From an uncultured Gammaproteobacteria bacterium (GTDB taxonomy: Bacteria; Patescibacteriota; Patescibacteriia; HK-STAS-PATE-3): a stretch of 64,000 bases of DNA. This document shows, in pieces, positions 17,430-26,450 of the stretch. The notes beneath the pieces were generated by a model. The model saw nothing but the letters and a program-made list of their open reading frames with translations. It was not told where the DNA came from and did no database searches. Position 1 is the stretch's first letter; the number at the start of each line of letters is the position of its first letter. The DNA lies in the NCBI GenBank assembly GCA_964637345.1, contig CAZWTD010000002.1, positions 6,426 through 70,425 of the forward strand, in the 5' to 3' direction. Position numbers and translations under genes: made by a program.

Positions 17430-19637
17430 TCAATCGAGTTCAGGAATCCGACGTCGGAAGAGCGTAACACCCAGTAACAGGCTCGTGAGTCCGAATGCGA
17501 GAATGCCATACTCGATTGGACTGGCTCCGGTTTCGGTCAGCGCTCCGAGCACTTGTCCGCGTTGGACAGTAATCGCTGCAGTGGCGGTCAATTGGGCAAC
17601 ATTATCTCCAACCACGCGTGCCGTGTTGATGAGTTGGCCGGCAGCGGCCGAGGCGCTCACGCGGACAGCGACGTGAATAATTCGTTCGTGGCCGGGGAGC
17701 AAATCCCCGAGCCTCCAGGTTGCCGTGCTTCCAGAGTAGTCAACAAAGGAGAGGCCGGCCGGAACTTCGTCGGTTAGCCGGAGGTTATACGCCGGGGCCA
17801 GTCCGTCGTTCCTGACGCTAAGGGTGTAGGTGACAACGCCCCCAATCGGAACAGTTGAGCGGTCGGCGACTTTTGTCAGAGTGAGCTTTGGACTTGGCGT
17901 ATTCGTTGGAATCACCAAACTTGAGACCTCAACCGTTGCTTTTGCATTCCGCGTTGGATGGTTTGAAGAGCTAACCGTAGCCACATTCTGATAACTTCCT
18001 GCTTTTGTGTCAGTCTTCACGACGACTGCATAGGTAAGGGTCCGGCTCGTTTCAGCTTTGAGCGTGCCAATCGGGAAGGAGCGATCAGTCGCTCCATTGT
18101 CGAGATAAACGAAGCCGGTCGGCAGAACATCCGAGACGACAACCTGAAGCGCGTCGCCGCTTCCCGTGTTTGAAACGACAATGGTGTAGAGGATTGTTTC
18201 ACCGGGCTTCACCGAGTCTTTGTCAGCAGATTTCACGATCGTGAGTTTCGGTGCGCCGCCTACCGTCAGCGATGCTGATGCACTCACCGGCTGTGCGTTG
18301 TCAGCCGAGAGCGTCGCGGTGTTATTGAGTTTTGCGCCAGGTTGCGTTCCAGCAGCGACTCGCGTCTGGACAGTCACGCTACCGCTGTCGCCTGGTTGGG
18401 CGCTTCCGAGCGTCCAGTTGATTTCGCGCGTTGGCGCGTTGTATGCGCCGCCGTTGCTCGCGCTGACAAAAGTGAGGCCCTCGGGCAGAGGATCGCGCAA
18501 GAGTAGTCCGTTGACTGCCTCGGTTCCGCTGACTGACCACGCGAGCGTGTAGGTGACAAGCTCGTTCGGAAGCGCAAGCGTCGGCGCTACCTCTTTAGTG
18601 AGGTGGAGCATCGCCAAGCTCGTGACAGTTGTGCTCGCGGAAGCCTGAACAGGTTTTAGCTCACTGGCCGAGAGGGTCGCGGTATTGGTAATCACTGTCC
18701 CGTTCGCGAGAGGGGAGATAATCTCTGCTGTCCACTGGACGCTGCCGTGGGCCCCGGGAGCTTGGTTACCCAAATTCCAGCGAAGTTCGTTCAGGTTGGG
18801 ATCGTACACGCCGCCTTGTGAGATTGTTGCAAAGATGAGATTGGCTGGAATTGGGTCGGTAAGAACCAGGTCGTATGCCGGACCGCTTCCGCTGACATTC
18901 CACGCAAGGGTATAGGTTAGCGTTGTTCCTGGAGCGGCAATTTCCGCGCTCACGGTTTTTTCTAGACCGATAGAAGGGATGCTTTCAATAGTTGTCGTTG
19001 CCGAATCAGACACTGGGTCAAGCCGGTCAGCGTCAATTGTTGCGGTATTTGTAATGACTGTCCCATTGCCGACCAGAGTATTGATCGTCCCGGTCCAGGT
19101 GAGCATCCCGTGTGCGCCGGATGCTTGGGTTCCGAGCGTCCAGGTAATGGTTGCAGTCCCAGAATCGTAGATCCCGCCGTTTTCGGCTTGCACGAAGCTC
19201 AGCTCTGTTGGAACGGGGTCTGTTACGACAACATTCGTGGCAGTTCCGTTTCCGCCAATGGACCAGTGAAGGGTGTACGTGAGCAAGTCGCCAGGATGTG
19301 CAAGGCTAAGGTCGACCTGTTTGTCGAGGTTGATTGTTGGGTGATTGGCTGGACTTGGGAGCGGAGCGGACGCAGTTGCTGGGGGTTCCGGCGACGTTTC
19401 AGGCTCTTCCGATTGGGTGGTTGATGGTTCCGTAGTTGAATTCGACCGTAGAGCGGGAGTGAGGTTATCCGCGAAGACGGCGGTCTCGGATTCTGGAATA
19501 GCCGCCTCTGTTGCTTCGAGGGTTTTTCCATACGCGAACCCAGGAAGGCAGGCTTGAAGAACAAGACTGACAAGTGCAATCACGGCCATTTTTCGACCGA
19601 AGCGCTGGCGGGAACGGAACACAGAGAAGTTCGGCAT
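17430..19637 (-). CDS. large DUF11-repeat surface protein with LTETG-type C-terminal anchor signal
   Basis: Start moved to MPNFSVFRS (ATG 19635-19637), which precedes a signal peptide. There are about 6 tandem DUF11-like repeats (LTYTLHWSIGGNGTATNVVVTDPVP...). The C-terminus reads RGQVLGALTETG followed by a hydrophobic stretch and FRRRIPELD. Confidence 0.7.
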   Translation of the reverse strand: MPNFSVFRSRQRFGRKMAVIALVSLVLQACLPGFAYGKTLEATEAAIPESETAVFADNLTPALRSNSTTEPSTTQSEEPETSPEPPATASAPLPSPANHPTINLDKQVDLSLAHPGDLLTYTLHWSIGGNGTATNVVVTDPVPTELSFVQAENGGIYDSGTATITWTLGTQASGAHGMLTWTGTINTLVGNGTVITNTATIDADRLDPVSDSATTTIESIPSIGLEKTVSAEIAAPGTTLTYTLAWNVSGSGPAYDLVLTDPIPANLIFATISQGGVYDPNLNELRWNLGNQAPGAHGSVQWTAEIISPLANGTVITNTATLSASELKPVQASASTTVTSLAMLHLTKEVAPTLALPNELVTYTLAWSVSGTEAVNGLLLRDPLPEGLTFVSASNGGAYNAPTREINWTLGSAQPGDSGSVTVQTRVAAGTQPGAKLNNTATLSADNAQPVSASASLTVGGAPKLTIVKSADKDSVKPGETILYTIVVSNTGSGDALQVVVSDVLPTGFVYLDNGATDRSFPIGTLKAETSRTLTYAVVVKTDTKAGSYQNVATVSSSNHPTRNAKATVEVSSLVIPTNTPSPKLTLTKVADRSTVPIGGVVTYTLSVRNDGLAPAYNLRLTDEVPAGLSFVDYSGSTATWRLGDLLPGHERIIHVAVRVSASAAAGQLINTARVVGDNVAQLTATAAITVQRGQVLGALTETGASPIEYGILAFGLTSLLLGVTLFRRRIPELD

Positions 19638-19952
19638 GGGTGCTCGAAGGTTAATCAAGATGATAATGAAAAAGCCAACGAAAGAGGACAAGAAAAAACG
19701 AAGAGACAGAAACTCCGTTTTGTTCGCTTTCGTTGGCTTTTCCCCGTCCTCCGCGGGTTTTTCAAGAAAGAACAAGTGCGAAAATGTGCGCGATCCCTCC
19801 GAAGGTGCGATGAATGTTTTGGGTGTTCTTTTCACAGGAAACCTTAGCAATCACTTTCGTTTGTGTCAACGTTAGCACAACATACTTTTCGTCCCTGTCA
19901 AGATAAAAAGCAAAGAGGGGAATCCGAGATTCTTCGTTGGAAAAATGAAGTT

Positions 19953-19961
19953 TGCTATACT
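19953..19961 (+). promoter_or_regulatory. putative extended -10 (TGcTATACT) promoter element for manC
   Basis: TG-n-TATACT lies about 50 nt upstream of the manC ATG, in a comparatively AT-rich divergent intergenic region. Confidence 0.3.
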
Positions 19962-20010
19962 ATTTAGGCACTCGACATACTCGAAGGACCATTCTTGAAT
20001 CCGGAATCGT

Positions 20011-21090
20011 ATGAAATACGTCATTTTGGCTGGCGGGGGAGGTACTCGACTTTGGCCCTTATCTCGATCGAGTCGGCCGAAGCAATTTCTGCGCCTTATC
20101 GACGATCGGACACTCCTTGAGTTGACGGTCGAGCGTTTGGGAAAAGATATTCCCAGCTCGAAGCTGTTTTTTTCGGTGACCGAGGAAACTGCCCATTTCG
20201 TGCGCGAACTTTTCCCCAAGGTAAGCGAAGATCAGCTCATTATTGAGCCTGAAAAGCGGGATACTGGTCCAGCCATGGGTTTTGTCGCTGCTGTTCTCGA
20301 ATTATCAGACCCGGATGAGCCGATCGCCTTTCTCCCCTCAGACCACTTTATTCGCGATACTGAGCGTTTTGTGCAATCACTCCAGGTGGCTGATGACCTA
20401 ATTCGGGAAACTGGCTGTCTTCTCGATATCGGAGTTATCCCAACTTGGCCGAATACGAACCTTGGCTATACCCGCGTAGGAGAGCGGAAATTCGAACGAA
20501 ACGGGATCGCAATTCATCAATTTCGTGGACACACCGAAAAACCTCCAATCGAAGAAGCCGAAGCCTTCGTTGCATCTGGTGAGTATCTTTGGCACGCGAA
20601 TTATTACATGTGGACTCCTCGGCGTTTCCTTGAGGCGTATGAAACCTACGCTCCGGAAACGGCGGCAACGCTGCGGACGATTCAAAAACTGTGGAAGCAG
20701 GGAGATCGAGCCGGCGTCGCGCGTGAATATGCGACCCTCGAAAAGATTTCTATTGACTATGCAATTACCGAAAAAATTGACCCAAGCCGAGTCCTTATCG
20801 TCCAGGCTCCGTTTGACTGGAGCGATGTCGGCCTCTGGAGCGTGTTAAAGAAACTTCGAGAAGAAAATCCGAATGATAATGTAGCGTCCGGCTCGGAGCT
20901 TCTCGCGATCGATTCCCAGAATTGCCTTGTGTACGGCGAGAAAAAAAAGGTGATTGCGACCGTCGGAGTTCGTGATTTACTGGTTGTTGATACTGGAGAC
21001 GCTCTCCTTGTCTGTCGAAACGATCGCGATCAGGACATTAAGCTTGTCGTCGAAGAGTTGAAACGACGACAAAAGAACGAACTAACCTAA
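20011..21090 (+). CDS. manC: mannose-1-phosphate guanylyltransferase (nucleotidyltransferase)
   Basis: N-terminal ILAGGGGTRLWPLS nucleotidyltransferase motif and overall GMP/ManC architecture. Confidence 0.75.
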   Translation: MKYVILAGGGGTRLWPLSRSSRPKQFLRLIDDRTLLELTVERLGKDIPSSKLFFSVTEETAHFVRELFPKVSEDQLIIEPEKRDTGPAMGFVAAVLELSDPDEPIAFLPSDHFIRDTERFVQSLQVADDLIRETGCLLDIGVIPTWPNTNLGYTRVGERKFERNGIAIHQFRGHTEKPPIEEAEAFVASGEYLWHANYYMWTPRRFLEAYETYAPETAATLRTIQKLWKQGDRAGVAREYATLEKISIDYAITEKIDPSRVLIVQAPFDWSDVGLWSVLKKLREENPNDNVASGSELLAIDSQNCLVYGEKKKVIATVGVRDLLVVDTGDALLVCRNDRDQDIKLVVEELKRRQKNELT

Positions 21091-22145
21091 TGCGACGTTC
21101 GCTTCTCATTTTCTTCATTTGCTTCCTCGTCATTCTCGGCACTGGCGCCGTTGCCTGGTTTTGGTTTTCGGCACAGCTAGGAGCCGCTGATCCTGAAGGG
21201 AGCAGTCAGCGTTTTACTATTGCGAGCGGGGAGAGTAGTGAAGCAATTTCTAAAAGGCTTGATGAATCGGGGATTATCCGAAGCTCGCTGGCTTTCCGGG
21301 TGTACACAGCTCTCGAAGGCCTTTCGAGCGGACTCCAAGCCGGCACCTACGATCTTTCTCCAAGCAGCAAGCTTGCCGACATCGCTCGTGAGCTGTCAGA
21401 TGGAAAAGTGCTTAGCGATGAGATTAAGGTCGTCATCCCCGAAGGATTAACCAATGATCAACTTGCTGATCTCTTGGCCGATGAATTTTTGCCGTACCAA
21501 GAATCCGGGAGCGGCCTTAGCTCCAAGGCCCCATTAAAAGCAGCCTTTCTCGATTCTTTTTCCGGTGAAGATCTTACGACGTCTGACTACCCTTTTCTTG
21601 AGGGTCGCCCAGCCGGCGCGTCGCTTGAGGGCTTTCTTTTCCCTGACACCTATTACTTTTTTAAGACTGCAACTCCCGAAGAAGTACGGAATCGACTCCT
21701 TGATACGTTCGAGGAGAAAGTTCCAGCCACGCTTCGCGCGGAAGCAGAATCACTCAATCGAGATTTTTTTGAAGTCTTGACCCTAGCGTCAATTCTTGAG
21801 AAAGAGCTTCGAACCAGCGCTGACCGAAAAGTTGCCGCCGATCTCTTTTGGCGAAGGCTTGATTCAGGGATGGCTCTTCAATCTGATGCGACGGTGAATT
21901 ATGTAACGGGGAAGTCGAGGCTTCAGCCGACCTTAGACGATCTTGAGGTTGAAAGCCTGTACAACACCTATCTTCATCCCGGTCTTCCGCCTGGACCAAT
22001 TTCTCATCCAAGCCGCGACGCGATTGAGTCTGCGCTTGAACCAACGCCGAATGACTATGTGTACTATTTGAATGATGCGTCGGGAAAAACGCATTTTGCG
22101 AAGACCTACGCTGAACATCTTGCGAATAAAGCAAAATATCTCTAA
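21090..22145 (+). CDS. mltG: endolytic murein transglycosylase MltG (YceG-like)
   Basis: N-terminal TM helix, a YceG-like domain, and a C-terminus ending ...YYLNDASGKTHFAKTYAEH. The start codon overlaps the manC stop. Confidence 0.8.
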   Translation: MRRSLLIFFICFLVILGTGAVAWFWFSAQLGAADPEGSSQRFTIASGESSEAISKRLDESGIIRSSLAFRVYTALEGLSSGLQAGTYDLSPSSKLADIARELSDGKVLSDEIKVVIPEGLTNDQLADLLADEFLPYQESGSGLSSKAPLKAAFLDSFSGEDLTTSDYPFLEGRPAGASLEGFLFPDTYYFFKTATPEEVRNRLLDTFEEKVPATLRAEAESLNRDFFEVLTLASILEKELRTSADRKVAADLFWRRLDSGMALQSDATVNYVTGKSRLQPTLDDLEVESLYNTYLHPGLPPGPISHPSRDAIESALEPTPNDYVYYLNDASGKTHFAKTYAEHLANKAKYL

Positions 22146-22834
22146 TGAAGCCAAGTTCCTCAACCTTCGTTCTCTCACTTGGCGGGTCGCTTCTAGCGCC
22201 GAGCGAGCTTGATGTTGCGTATCTCAAGCGACTTCGTCGCTTCATCCTCGGCTGGGTTCGACGAGGAGCGCGTTTTGCAGTCATTACCGGCGGCGGCGAC
22301 CTGAATCGTCGCTATAACGCTGCGACGCGCCGTGCTGCAGATATCCGTCCGGCAGATCTCGATTGGATCGGCATCGCGACGACAAAGCTTCACGCGCAGG
22401 TTGTCCGGGCTTTGTTTGGTACACGTGCATATGAGCACATTCTCGACAACCCTGAGCATCCGCCGAAAACGAAGCGCCCTATCCTCGTCGGCGGAGGATA
22501 TGTCCCGGGAAGCTCAACTGATCTGGATGCAGTTCTTCTGGCGAAGGCCTGGGGCGCGAAGACGATTATCAACCTAACGAATACCAGTCATGTATATGAT
22601 CGCGATCCGCGGAAGGACCCAAAGGCTAAGGCGCATTCGGAAATGACCTGGACGGCGTATCGAAAATTGATTCCAAAACGCTGGACGCCCCGACTTTCGA
22701 CGCCCTTTGATCCGGTCGCGAGTCGGGAAGCCGAGCGGCTTGGGTTAACGGTTTGCATTCTCAACGGGCGAGATTTCTCGTCGTTTCAACGCTTGCTCAA
22801 AGGAAAGTCATTTAAAGGGACAAGGATCTCCTAG
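22145..22834 (+). CDS. pyrH: UMP kinase (amino-acid kinase fold, archaeal/short type)
   Basis: The FVLSLGGSLL N-terminal motif, AVITGGGD, and a length of 229 aa are typical of the short UMPK form. TAATG overlap with mltG. Confidence 0.55.
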   Translation: MKPSSSTFVLSLGGSLLAPSELDVAYLKRLRRFILGWVRRGARFAVITGGGDLNRRYNAATRRAADIRPADLDWIGIATTKLHAQVVRALFGTRAYEHILDNPEHPPKTKRPILVGGGYVPGSSTDLDAVLLAKAWGAKTIINLTNTSHVYDRDPRKDPKAKAHSEMTWTAYRKLIPKRWTPRLSTPFDPVASREAERLGLTVCILNGRDFSSFQRLLKGKSFKGTRIS

Positions 22835-23002
22835 GGAACTCTTGACTATGCTTCATTCCTAGTGTACGCTCTTTTTGCCTATCGAAGACCGTACGGTCCG
22901 GCAGTCGCCGGATTCAAACGCCAACCGTACCGAGGTAGCGCGAAATGCCCGAAAAGCGGGCAAATCAACGGTCTTCGAGGACCGTTTCTTTATTGAACAC
23001 CT
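22835..23002 (+). promoter_or_regulatory. rplJ 5' leader with multiple hairpins (candidate L10 autoregulatory leader / attenuator)
   Basis: 168-nt untranslated region containing the 12-nt palindrome GACCGTACGGTC, CCGGC-AGTCG-CCGG, GCCCG-AAAA-GCGGGC, and GGTC-TTCGAG-GACC followed by GTTTCTTTATT, directly upstream of rplJ. Confidence 0.35.
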
Positions 23003-23533
23003 ATGGGGAAAACCCGCACCCAGAAAGCTGAAGAACTCGATCGTCTGCGCGAGCGACTCGCCCGCATGAAGGTTGCCGTTATGACAACCTCAAGCCGTTT
23101 GACCGTTTCCGAAGAGACGGAGCTCCGCCGTTCGATGCGGAAATCGGAGGCCGATTATCTCATTATCAAGAAGACCCTCCTGCGCCTCGCGCTCAAAGAA
23201 GCTGGCATTGATCCTGCCGGACTCGCGTCGCTCGATAAGCCCTTTAGCGTAACGCTCGGGTACGGCGATGAAGTCGGAGTTGCGAAAGCGCTTGCAGCGT
23301 TTAAAAAAGAGCATGAAGCAGTTGATTTCCTCGGCGGAATCCTCGACGGCCGCTACCTGAGCGCTGAAGAAGTGAAAGCCCTCGCGAAACTTCCGTCGAA
23401 GACCGAGATGCTTGGACAATTCGTCCGAACGCTCCAAGCGCCAGTCAGCGGATTTGCCTCGGTACTCCGCAACAATATCTCGGGACTTCTTACCGTTCTT
23501 TCAGCCGTTCGAGATCAGAAATCAGCATCGTAA
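23003..23533 (+). CDS. rplJ: 50S ribosomal protein L10
   Basis: Characteristic L10 sequence, followed by rplL. Confidence 0.9.
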   Translation: MGKTRTQKAEELDRLRERLARMKVAVMTTSSRLTVSEETELRRSMRKSEADYLIIKKTLLRLALKEAGIDPAGLASLDKPFSVTLGYGDEVGVAKALAAFKKEHEAVDFLGGILDGRYLSAEEVKALAKLPSKTEMLGQFVRTLQAPVSGFASVLRNNISGLLTVLSAVRDQKSAS

Positions 23534-23560
23534 TCTTTACCAGTTATTTATTGAATCACT

Positions 23561-23977
23561 ATGTCAGACGAAAGCACGCAAGCGAATGAGACCGTCGAGG
23601 TTCCGGAAAAGTTTAAGGCCCTCGTTGAGCAGATTGAGAAACTCAACGTCCTCGAGCTTTCCGAACTCGTTAAGGTTCTTGAAAAGAAATTTGGCGTTTC
23701 CGCCCAAGCCGCTCCGATGATGATGGCGGCCGCCCCAGCCGGGGAAGCGGCAGCTGCTGAAGAGAAGTCTTCGTTCAACGTCGAGCTGACCGAAGCTGGC
23801 GCGAACAAAATTGCCGTCATTAAGGTTGTCCGAGAGTTAACCCAGAAGGGTCTCAAGGAAGCGAAAGACCTTGTCGACGGAGCTCCGAAAGTGATAAAAG
23901 AAGGCGCGACCAAGGAAGAAGCGGAAGATATGAAGAAGAAGCTTGAGGAAGCAGGTGGAAAGGTGACGCTGAAATAA
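23561..23977 (+). CDS. rplL: 50S ribosomal protein L7/L12
   Basis: N-terminal dimerisation helix, an Ala/Pro/Met-rich hinge ([19 protein letters not shown]), and the C-terminal domain [12 protein letters not shown]...[13 protein letters not shown]. Confidence 0.9.
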   Translation: MSDESTQANETVEVPEKFKALVEQIEKLNVLELSELVKVLEKKFGVSAQAAPMMMAAAPAGEAAAAEEKSSFNVELTEAGANKIAVIKVVRELTQKGLKEAKDLVDGAPKVIKEGATKEEAEDMKKKLEEAGGKVTLK

Positions 23978-24044
23978 TCATTTCAGTTTTATCCTAAGCA
24001 ACCGCGAAGGATCTCAGCTAGCTTTCAACGATTTTCAACCAAAA

Positions 24045-24073
24045 GGACGGGCGAGCCCGTCCTTTTGGATTTT
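24045..24073. terminator. rho-independent terminator (bidirectional) after rplL
   Basis: GGACGGG-CGAG-CCCGTCC (7-bp GC stem), preceded by AAAAG and followed by TTTTGGATTTT. Confidence 0.6.
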
Positions 24074-24081
24074 ACCTAGCA

Positions 24082-26322
24082 CTATGCGTCTTCGTTCAGG
24101 CTTATTCGATAGATGAGGTTGCCGTTGAGGATATAGGCGCTCTCGCCGTTGTCTTCAATCGCGAAGTCGCGAAGATCAGTAAAGGCTGGGGAGGTGAATT
24201 GAGCCTGGAATTGCCCTGACTTCGAGAAGAGGACAAGGCGGCGACCACTCGCATCGAGAACGTAGATTCGATCCGAATTTTCACTTGTCCAAAGCTTTAC
24301 TCCGGACGCTAAGGGAGGATCGACTGGCCCGAGACTGAAATCATCAAGCCGGCCCTGGGTAAAGCGTCGAACTCCGCCGTCCTGGTTAAGCACGTATACT
24401 GACCCATCAACCGCGAGTGATACGCCGTTGACCAAGCTGACATCAGAGTCTTGAATCCAAGCGGAACCAGTACCGAAACCGTTCGTTCCAAGTTGATAGC
24501 GAAAGATTTGATTATTTTTCGTGTCGAGGAGATAGATTCGCGATTGATAGGTTGCGAGCGCGGTGATTGCCCGGTCCGCATTTACTGAGGTGAAATCTAA
24601 AGAGCGCGTTCGGTCGGTTGACAGCGAAAGGTCAAAGAACGCGTCGAGTCCATCCGAAAAAACAAGGCTTTGTCCGATGCTTGCTCCGAAACGAAGAGGT
24701 TCCGAAGTATCATTCGGATTCTCAATCAGCGTTGAGGATCCGTCGCCCGGGTTGATACGGAGCGCCTGATCAGCTCCGTTGCCAGCGAAGAGTTCTCCGT
24801 TACGGAAGACGAGAAATTCGGAACCCTGACCGGTAACGACGTTACCCACGTCAGCAACTTGGGTCGGGGAGTCAATGGTCACTAAGTGACGAGTTCTTTC
24901 GCGGATTTGGTTGACTGACTCAGCGAGGTTTTGCAGAGTAGAATCATTCGGGTGTTGTTCCGGCTCTAAGGTTGCCAGCAAGTCAACCGCTTCAGCTATT
25001 AAACGGCCAGCTCGGGTTTCGTCGTCATACGACAGGGCCGCTTCTGCATCAAAGGTCTTTTGCTCGATAGCGGTAATCGTTTCTTGACGAACACTCGTGG
25101 TTGTTTCCGATTCATTGCGTCGGCCCATCGAGACGATGCTTTGCGCAAAGAAAAAGAGAAGCGCGACAATAGCCAGGAAAAGAGCTTTCCTGGTAAAGGA
25201 CCACCTCGGGAAGCTCGCAACGAGCCGTGCAATTGCGTCGGCAATTCGTCTAGGTATAGTCTTCGCTGAGGCCAAAACCGTTCCGCGTTGTCGAAAAACC
25301 GTTTGAACGCTTTTGGCGACTGCTCGTCCGCCTTGGAGGGGAAGCGCGGTGAGTGATGATGCGGCCGGACGTCGAGTCTGCTGGGGTAAAGTAGGAGACT
25401 CGGTCCGAGATCGATCTCCGCCGCGTTGCACGGGTTGATTACCGCGAACGTTTGCCGCCATCTGTTGGGCGCCCCGGAGAAGCGTTCCGAGGAAGCGGCG
25501 CGCAACAAGCCAAAGTGACGGAGTAAGAAGACGCTGCGTTGCTTCTTCTCGGGCGATTAAATCGTCCATTGATGATCGAGTTTGAACCGTCAGCAAAGTC
25601 GGCATCGGCTGAGCGACAGACGCGGGGGTTTCAAGTTCCTCACGAACGGGTACTGCGTGGGCGAGGAGCGCAGCAAACGCGGTTCGCGGAGGCGCTTCAG
25701 CGAGGAGTTCGTCAAGGTGTCGAACCGCATCAAGCGGCGGTCGATCAAGAACAATGCGCTTGAGTTTTTCGAGCGAAAGGTAGTCGAGGAGGCTTGGAGT
25801 GAAGAATACGAGGTAGTCGTCTTCTTGGAGTTCGCCAGTGATAATGTTCGAGAAGATTTTCAGCGGGTTAACTTTGCGTTCTTCGGGTCCGGCTGAATCA
25901 ACAATGTCGACAATTCTTCCCCGGTGGACGAGCGTTGCGTGGATCTGGCCAATATGGGTCAGGATGAGCGTTTGATCCTTCAATACCCCGAGAATGATAT
26001 TGAAATGGTCGAGCCAGTCGGTCATTCCGCCCTCAATCAGTCGCTTGAGCTGTTCGTTTACGTGTTGGAGGGCCTGCTCAAAGGCGGTCTCAAGGCGAAG
26101 TTGAGGGCCCTGATAATAGGCCCGGCGCATCTCATCCTGGAGTATTTCAATGAGCTCCGTGTTCATCGGAGCCCTGGAGCCAATTTCGACAACAAGAAAG
26201 AGCCGCCCGAAGGTTCTTAGCTCGAGCGGTGTCGGCTGGGCAACGGAAACATGGACTGTTGAAACGCTCTTCTCTGGGTCATAGAGAAGGAAGGTTTCGA
26301 GTTCGTGGGACAGTTGTGGCAT
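24082..26322 (-). CDS. bitopic membrane protein: cytoplasmic N-terminal domain, one TM helix, extracellular beta-propeller-like repeat domain
   Basis: Start moved to MPQLSHE (ATG 26320-26322). TM helix ALFLAIVALLFFFAQSIV. The C-terminal half carries about 6 repeats of the [IV]Y[VL]LD/N..G....F type, as in NHL/YVTN propeller blades. The N-terminal domain was not recognised. Confidence 0.5.
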   Translation of the reverse strand: MPQLSHELETFLLYDPEKSVSTVHVSVAQPTPLELRTFGRLFLVVEIGSRAPMNTELIEILQDEMRRAYYQGPQLRLETAFEQALQHVNEQLKRLIEGGMTDWLDHFNIILGVLKDQTLILTHIGQIHATLVHRGRIVDIVDSAGPEERKVNPLKIFSNIITGELQEDDYLVFFTPSLLDYLSLEKLKRIVLDRPPLDAVRHLDELLAEAPPRTAFAALLAHAVPVREELETPASVAQPMPTLLTVQTRSSMDDLIAREEATQRLLTPSLWLVARRFLGTLLRGAQQMAANVRGNQPVQRGGDRSRTESPTLPQQTRRPAASSLTALPLQGGRAVAKSVQTVFRQRGTVLASAKTIPRRIADAIARLVASFPRWSFTRKALFLAIVALLFFFAQSIVSMGRRNESETTTSVRQETITAIEQKTFDAEAALSYDDETRAGRLIAEAVDLLATLEPEQHPNDSTLQNLAESVNQIRERTRHLVTIDSPTQVADVGNVVTGQGSEFLVFRNGELFAGNGADQALRINPGDGSSTLIENPNDTSEPLRFGASIGQSLVFSDGLDAFFDLSLSTDRTRSLDFTSVNADRAITALATYQSRIYLLDTKNNQIFRYQLGTNGFGTGSAWIQDSDVSLVNGVSLAVDGSVYVLNQDGGVRRFTQGRLDDFSLGPVDPPLASGVKLWTSENSDRIYVLDASGRRLVLFSKSGQFQAQFTSPAFTDLRDFAIEDNGESAYILNGNLIYRISLNEDA

Positions 26323-26450
26323 GTCGCAGACGTCGGCCGGCCCAAGTGGTACGAAGCGGGCCAGCTTGCGGTTGAAAACGACCTTGAGTATACTGAAAAT
26401 ACGCAAAAACGACAAGCCGCTCGGCGAGTGGCTGACGTAGCCGCACTCCC

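Noticed and set aside
19861-19881. Inverted repeat TTGTGT-CAACGTTAGC-ACACAA in the surface-protein/manC divergent region
   Set aside because: Single occurrence. It lies more than 200 nt from either start codon, and there is no regulator context. It is noted only as a possible operator.
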